Position numbers and translations under genes: made by a program. From the NCBI GenBank assembly GCA_036012755.1, contig DASCPX010000039.1, forward strand, positions 1-18,069: 18,069 nucleotides of DNA, read 5' to 3'. Source of the stretch: Myxococcota bacterium (GTDB lineage: Bacteria > Myxococcota_A > UBA796 > CAJQPC01). Position 1 is the first letter of the stretch, and every line of letters starts with the position of its first letter. The notes beneath the pieces are model-generated. The model was not told where the DNA came from. It made no database searches and saw only the letters and a list, made by a program, of their open reading frames with translations. Of the stretch, positions 8,423-18,069 are shown piece by piece.

Positions 8423-9139
8423 ATGGGAAAAGCAAGCAAGCGCTGGAGAGAGGCCAAGGACAAGGTCGACTCCACACGCAAATACTCGCTCGATGAAGCG
8501 GTCGATCTCCTCAAGGACACGGCGAACGCCGGCTTCGACGAGAGCGTGGATCTGGCGGTTCGTCTCGGGGTCAACCCCCGGCACTCCGACCAGATGATCC
8601 GCGGCGCGACCAGCCTCCCGCATGGCACCGGCAAGACGGTGCGCATCCTGGTCTTTGCCCAGGGCGAGGCCGCCAAGCACGCCGAAGAGGCGGGGGCGGA
8701 CTTCGTCGGCTCCGACGAGCTCATCCAGAAGATCCAGAAGGAGAACTGGCTGGACTTCGACAAGGCGGTCGCCACCCGTGACCTGATGGGCAAGGTCGGT
8801 CGCATCGGACGCATCCTCGGACCCCGAGGCCTGATGCCGAACCCGAAGGTCGGCACGGTCGTGGCTCCCGAGCACATCGCCCGGACCGTGAAGGAGCTCA
8901 AGGGCGGCCGGATCGACTTCCGCGTCGAGAAGTCCGGCATCGTCCACGCTCCGGTGGGCAAGGCGTCCATGACCGCTGAGGCACTCAGAGACAACATCGT
9001 CGCGCTCGTCAACGAGCTCATCCGGCTGAGGCCTGCGAGCGCCAAGGGCACCTATGTCCGCGGCGTCGCCGTCAGCAGCACGATGGGCGTTGGCGTTCGA
9101 CTCGACACCACTGACCTGCTGCGCGCAGCGGGCCGATAG
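8423..9139 (+). CDS. rplA: 50S ribosomal protein L1
   Basis: FDESVDLAVRLGVNPR, LPHGTGK, LGPRGLMPNPKVGTV, SSTMG. Confidence 0.99.
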   Translation: MGKASKRWREAKDKVDSTRKYSLDEAVDLLKDTANAGFDESVDLAVRLGVNPRHSDQMIRGATSLPHGTGKTVRILVFAQGEAAKHAEEAGADFVGSDELIQKIQKENWLDFDKAVATRDLMGKVGRIGRILGPRGLMPNPKVGTVVAPEHIARTVKELKGGRIDFRVEKSGIVHAPVGKASMTAEALRDNIVALVNELIRLRPASAKGTYVRGVAVSSTMGVGVRLDTTDLLRAAGR

Positions 9140-9147
9140 GAGGCACC

Positions 9148-9684
9148 ATGGACCGGACCCAGAAGGCCCAGTTCGTCGAGGACTTCACGGCCCAGATCGG
9201 TGACGCGCCCCTGGTGGTGCTCACCGACTACCGCGACTCCCCCGCGAACCACACCAACGCGTTCCGCCGGAAGCTCGAGGCTGCCGGCCTCCGGATGCGG
9301 GTCGTCAAGAACACGCTCGCGAAGCGGGCGCTCGACGGCACCGAGAAGGAGCCGCTCTCCGCGCACTTCGTCGGCATGACCGGCGTCATCGTCTCTGGCG
9401 AAGATGCCACGGCTACGGCCAAGGCGATCCAGGGCGCGCTCGAGAAGAAGGACCCGATCACCATCAAGGCCTCGTACTTCGAGGGCGAGGTGCACGAGGG
9501 AGCCCGCGGCGTCAAGCTGGTCGCCGCCCTCCCGAGCCGCGAAGACCTGCTGGTCATGCTGCTCAGGACCCTCCAGGAAGGCCCGCGCCAGGTCATGGGT
9601 GTCATCCGCGCCCCCGCTCGCGACCTGCTCTACCTGCTCAAGAACTACGAAACCAAGCTTGCCGAGGCAGAGGACGGGGAATAG
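9148..9684 (+). CDS. rplJ: 50S ribosomal protein L10
   Basis: [11 protein letters not shown] and ALPSREDL motifs; SD AGGAGG (9138-9143) overlaps the rplA stop codon. Confidence 0.97.
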   Translation: MDRTQKAQFVEDFTAQIGDAPLVVLTDYRDSPANHTNAFRRKLEAAGLRMRVVKNTLAKRALDGTEKEPLSAHFVGMTGVIVSGEDATATAKAIQGALEKKDPITIKASYFEGEVHEGARGVKLVAALPSREDLLVMLLRTLQEGPRQVMGVIRAPARDLLYLLKNYETKLAEAEDGE

Positions 9685-9772
9685 ACACGCGCGTTCCGCG
9701 AGTGTCTCCCGACTTCTTGGCCCGGTCCTTTTCAGACCCCTACCCCCCTTTCTACCCGAGGAAAACAACGCC

Positions 9773-10156
9773 ATGGCTACTACCCAGGCCGACTTCGTCG
9801 ACTACGTCAAGAACCTGAAGCTCTCCGAGGTGAAGGATCTCATCTCCGTGCTCGAAGAGGAGCTCGGCGTTGAGGCCTCCGCCCCCATGATGGCCGTCGC
9901 CGCTGGCCCCGCCGCCGCGGTCGAGGCCGAGGAGGAGCCGACCGAGTTCGACGTCATCCTCAAGGACTTCGGCGCCAAGAAGATCAACGTCATCAAGGCT
10001 GTCCGCGCGGCGACCGGTCTCGGTCTCAAGGAGGCCAAGGACCTCGTCGAGAGCGCTCCGACCCCCGTCAAGGAGTCCACCGACAAAGCCGCTGCAGAGG
10101 AGCTCAAGAAGACCCTCGAAGACGCCGGCGCTGCTGTCGAGATCAAGGGCCGCTGA
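9773..10156 (+). CDS. rplL: 50S ribosomal protein L7/L12 (127 aa)
   Basis: Ala-rich hinge, [35 protein letters not shown] at 9773 after GAGG; the track start at 9404 is spurious. Confidence 0.98.
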   Translation: MATTQADFVDYVKNLKLSEVKDLISVLEEELGVEASAPMMAVAAGPAAAVEAEEEPTEFDVILKDFGAKKINVIKAVRAATGLGLKEAKDLVESAPTPVKESTDKAAAEELKKTLEDAGAAVEIKGR

Positions 10157-10454
10157 GGCTCTTTTGGGTCCCATCGCTTCGGCGAGGGGACCGGTGGGCC
10201 CTCACCCCCACATTCCTCTCGGGCCTCGGCCCGTACCCGGCTCGCGCCGTCCCGGCCCTCACGGGTCTCACTCCTCCCCCCGACCGTCGCCGCTTGAAGG
10301 TCCTAGATCGTCCCGCATCGCACCGACGTTGCCGGTGAGCCTCGCCGCTCATCGCGCAACGGATCGTTGCGTTCGGGCCCTCTGACCCTCCTGTTGCGCA
10401 CATCGCCGACGGCTCTGAGCGCGCTCCTCGCGTTCGCCATCTGCTGAGGTCTCC

Positions 10455-14624
<4,170 letters not shown>

Positions 14625-14656
14625 ACCCGCATCCCCCCCCTTCTGCACCCCGCTTT

Positions 14657-14674
14657 GCCCCCCTCGAGGGGGGC
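14657..14674. repeat. Perfect 18-bp palindrome in the rpoB-rpoC spacer
   Basis: GCCCCCCTCGAGGGGGGC is self-complementary, has no U-tract, and ends just upstream of the rpoC SD GAGGAG. Confidence 0.8.
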
Positions 14675-14694
14675 GACATCCCCGAGGAGTCCCC

Positions 14695-18069
<3,375 letters not shown>

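Noticed and set aside
9731..9762. AGAC...CTACCCGAGG in the rplJ-rplL spacer resembling an L10-leader core
   Set aside because: The intervening bases are C/T-rich and cannot form the required stem, and GAGG is simply the rplL SD.

Overview
High-GC bacterial DNA, most likely Myxococcota/deltaproteobacterial (inferred from the RpoC N-terminus [15 protein letters not shown]... and the 3-TM SecE). All real genes are on the + strand. Bases 1-5024 hold a tightly packed four-gene envelope cluster: a large acidic M30/gluzincin-like protein whose HExxH zinc motif is destroyed, an intact M50 site-2 protease, a single-TM HEAT-like protein, and a SPOR-like + LolA-like-fold exported protein. The rest is the core locus: promoter, tRNA-Thr(TGT)-Tyr(GTA)-Gly(TCC)-Thr(GGT), tuf, secE, nusG, rplK, rplA, rplJ, rplL, rpoB and a 3'-truncated rpoC, which is missing from the supplied ORF track because it has no stop in the window. 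The standout is an in-frame 227-codon segment in rpoC between 'VQVRI' and 'DTTVGR', where E. coli has about 18 aa. It is not intein-like and looks by eye like two RNase H-like/DEDD-fold modules joined by a Lys-rich helix. Other oddities are the lack of rpmG/tRNA-Trp between tuf and secE, no room for an L10 leader, and an L1-operator-like hairpin between rplK and rplA. All family assignments are from manual motif reading; no searches were run.
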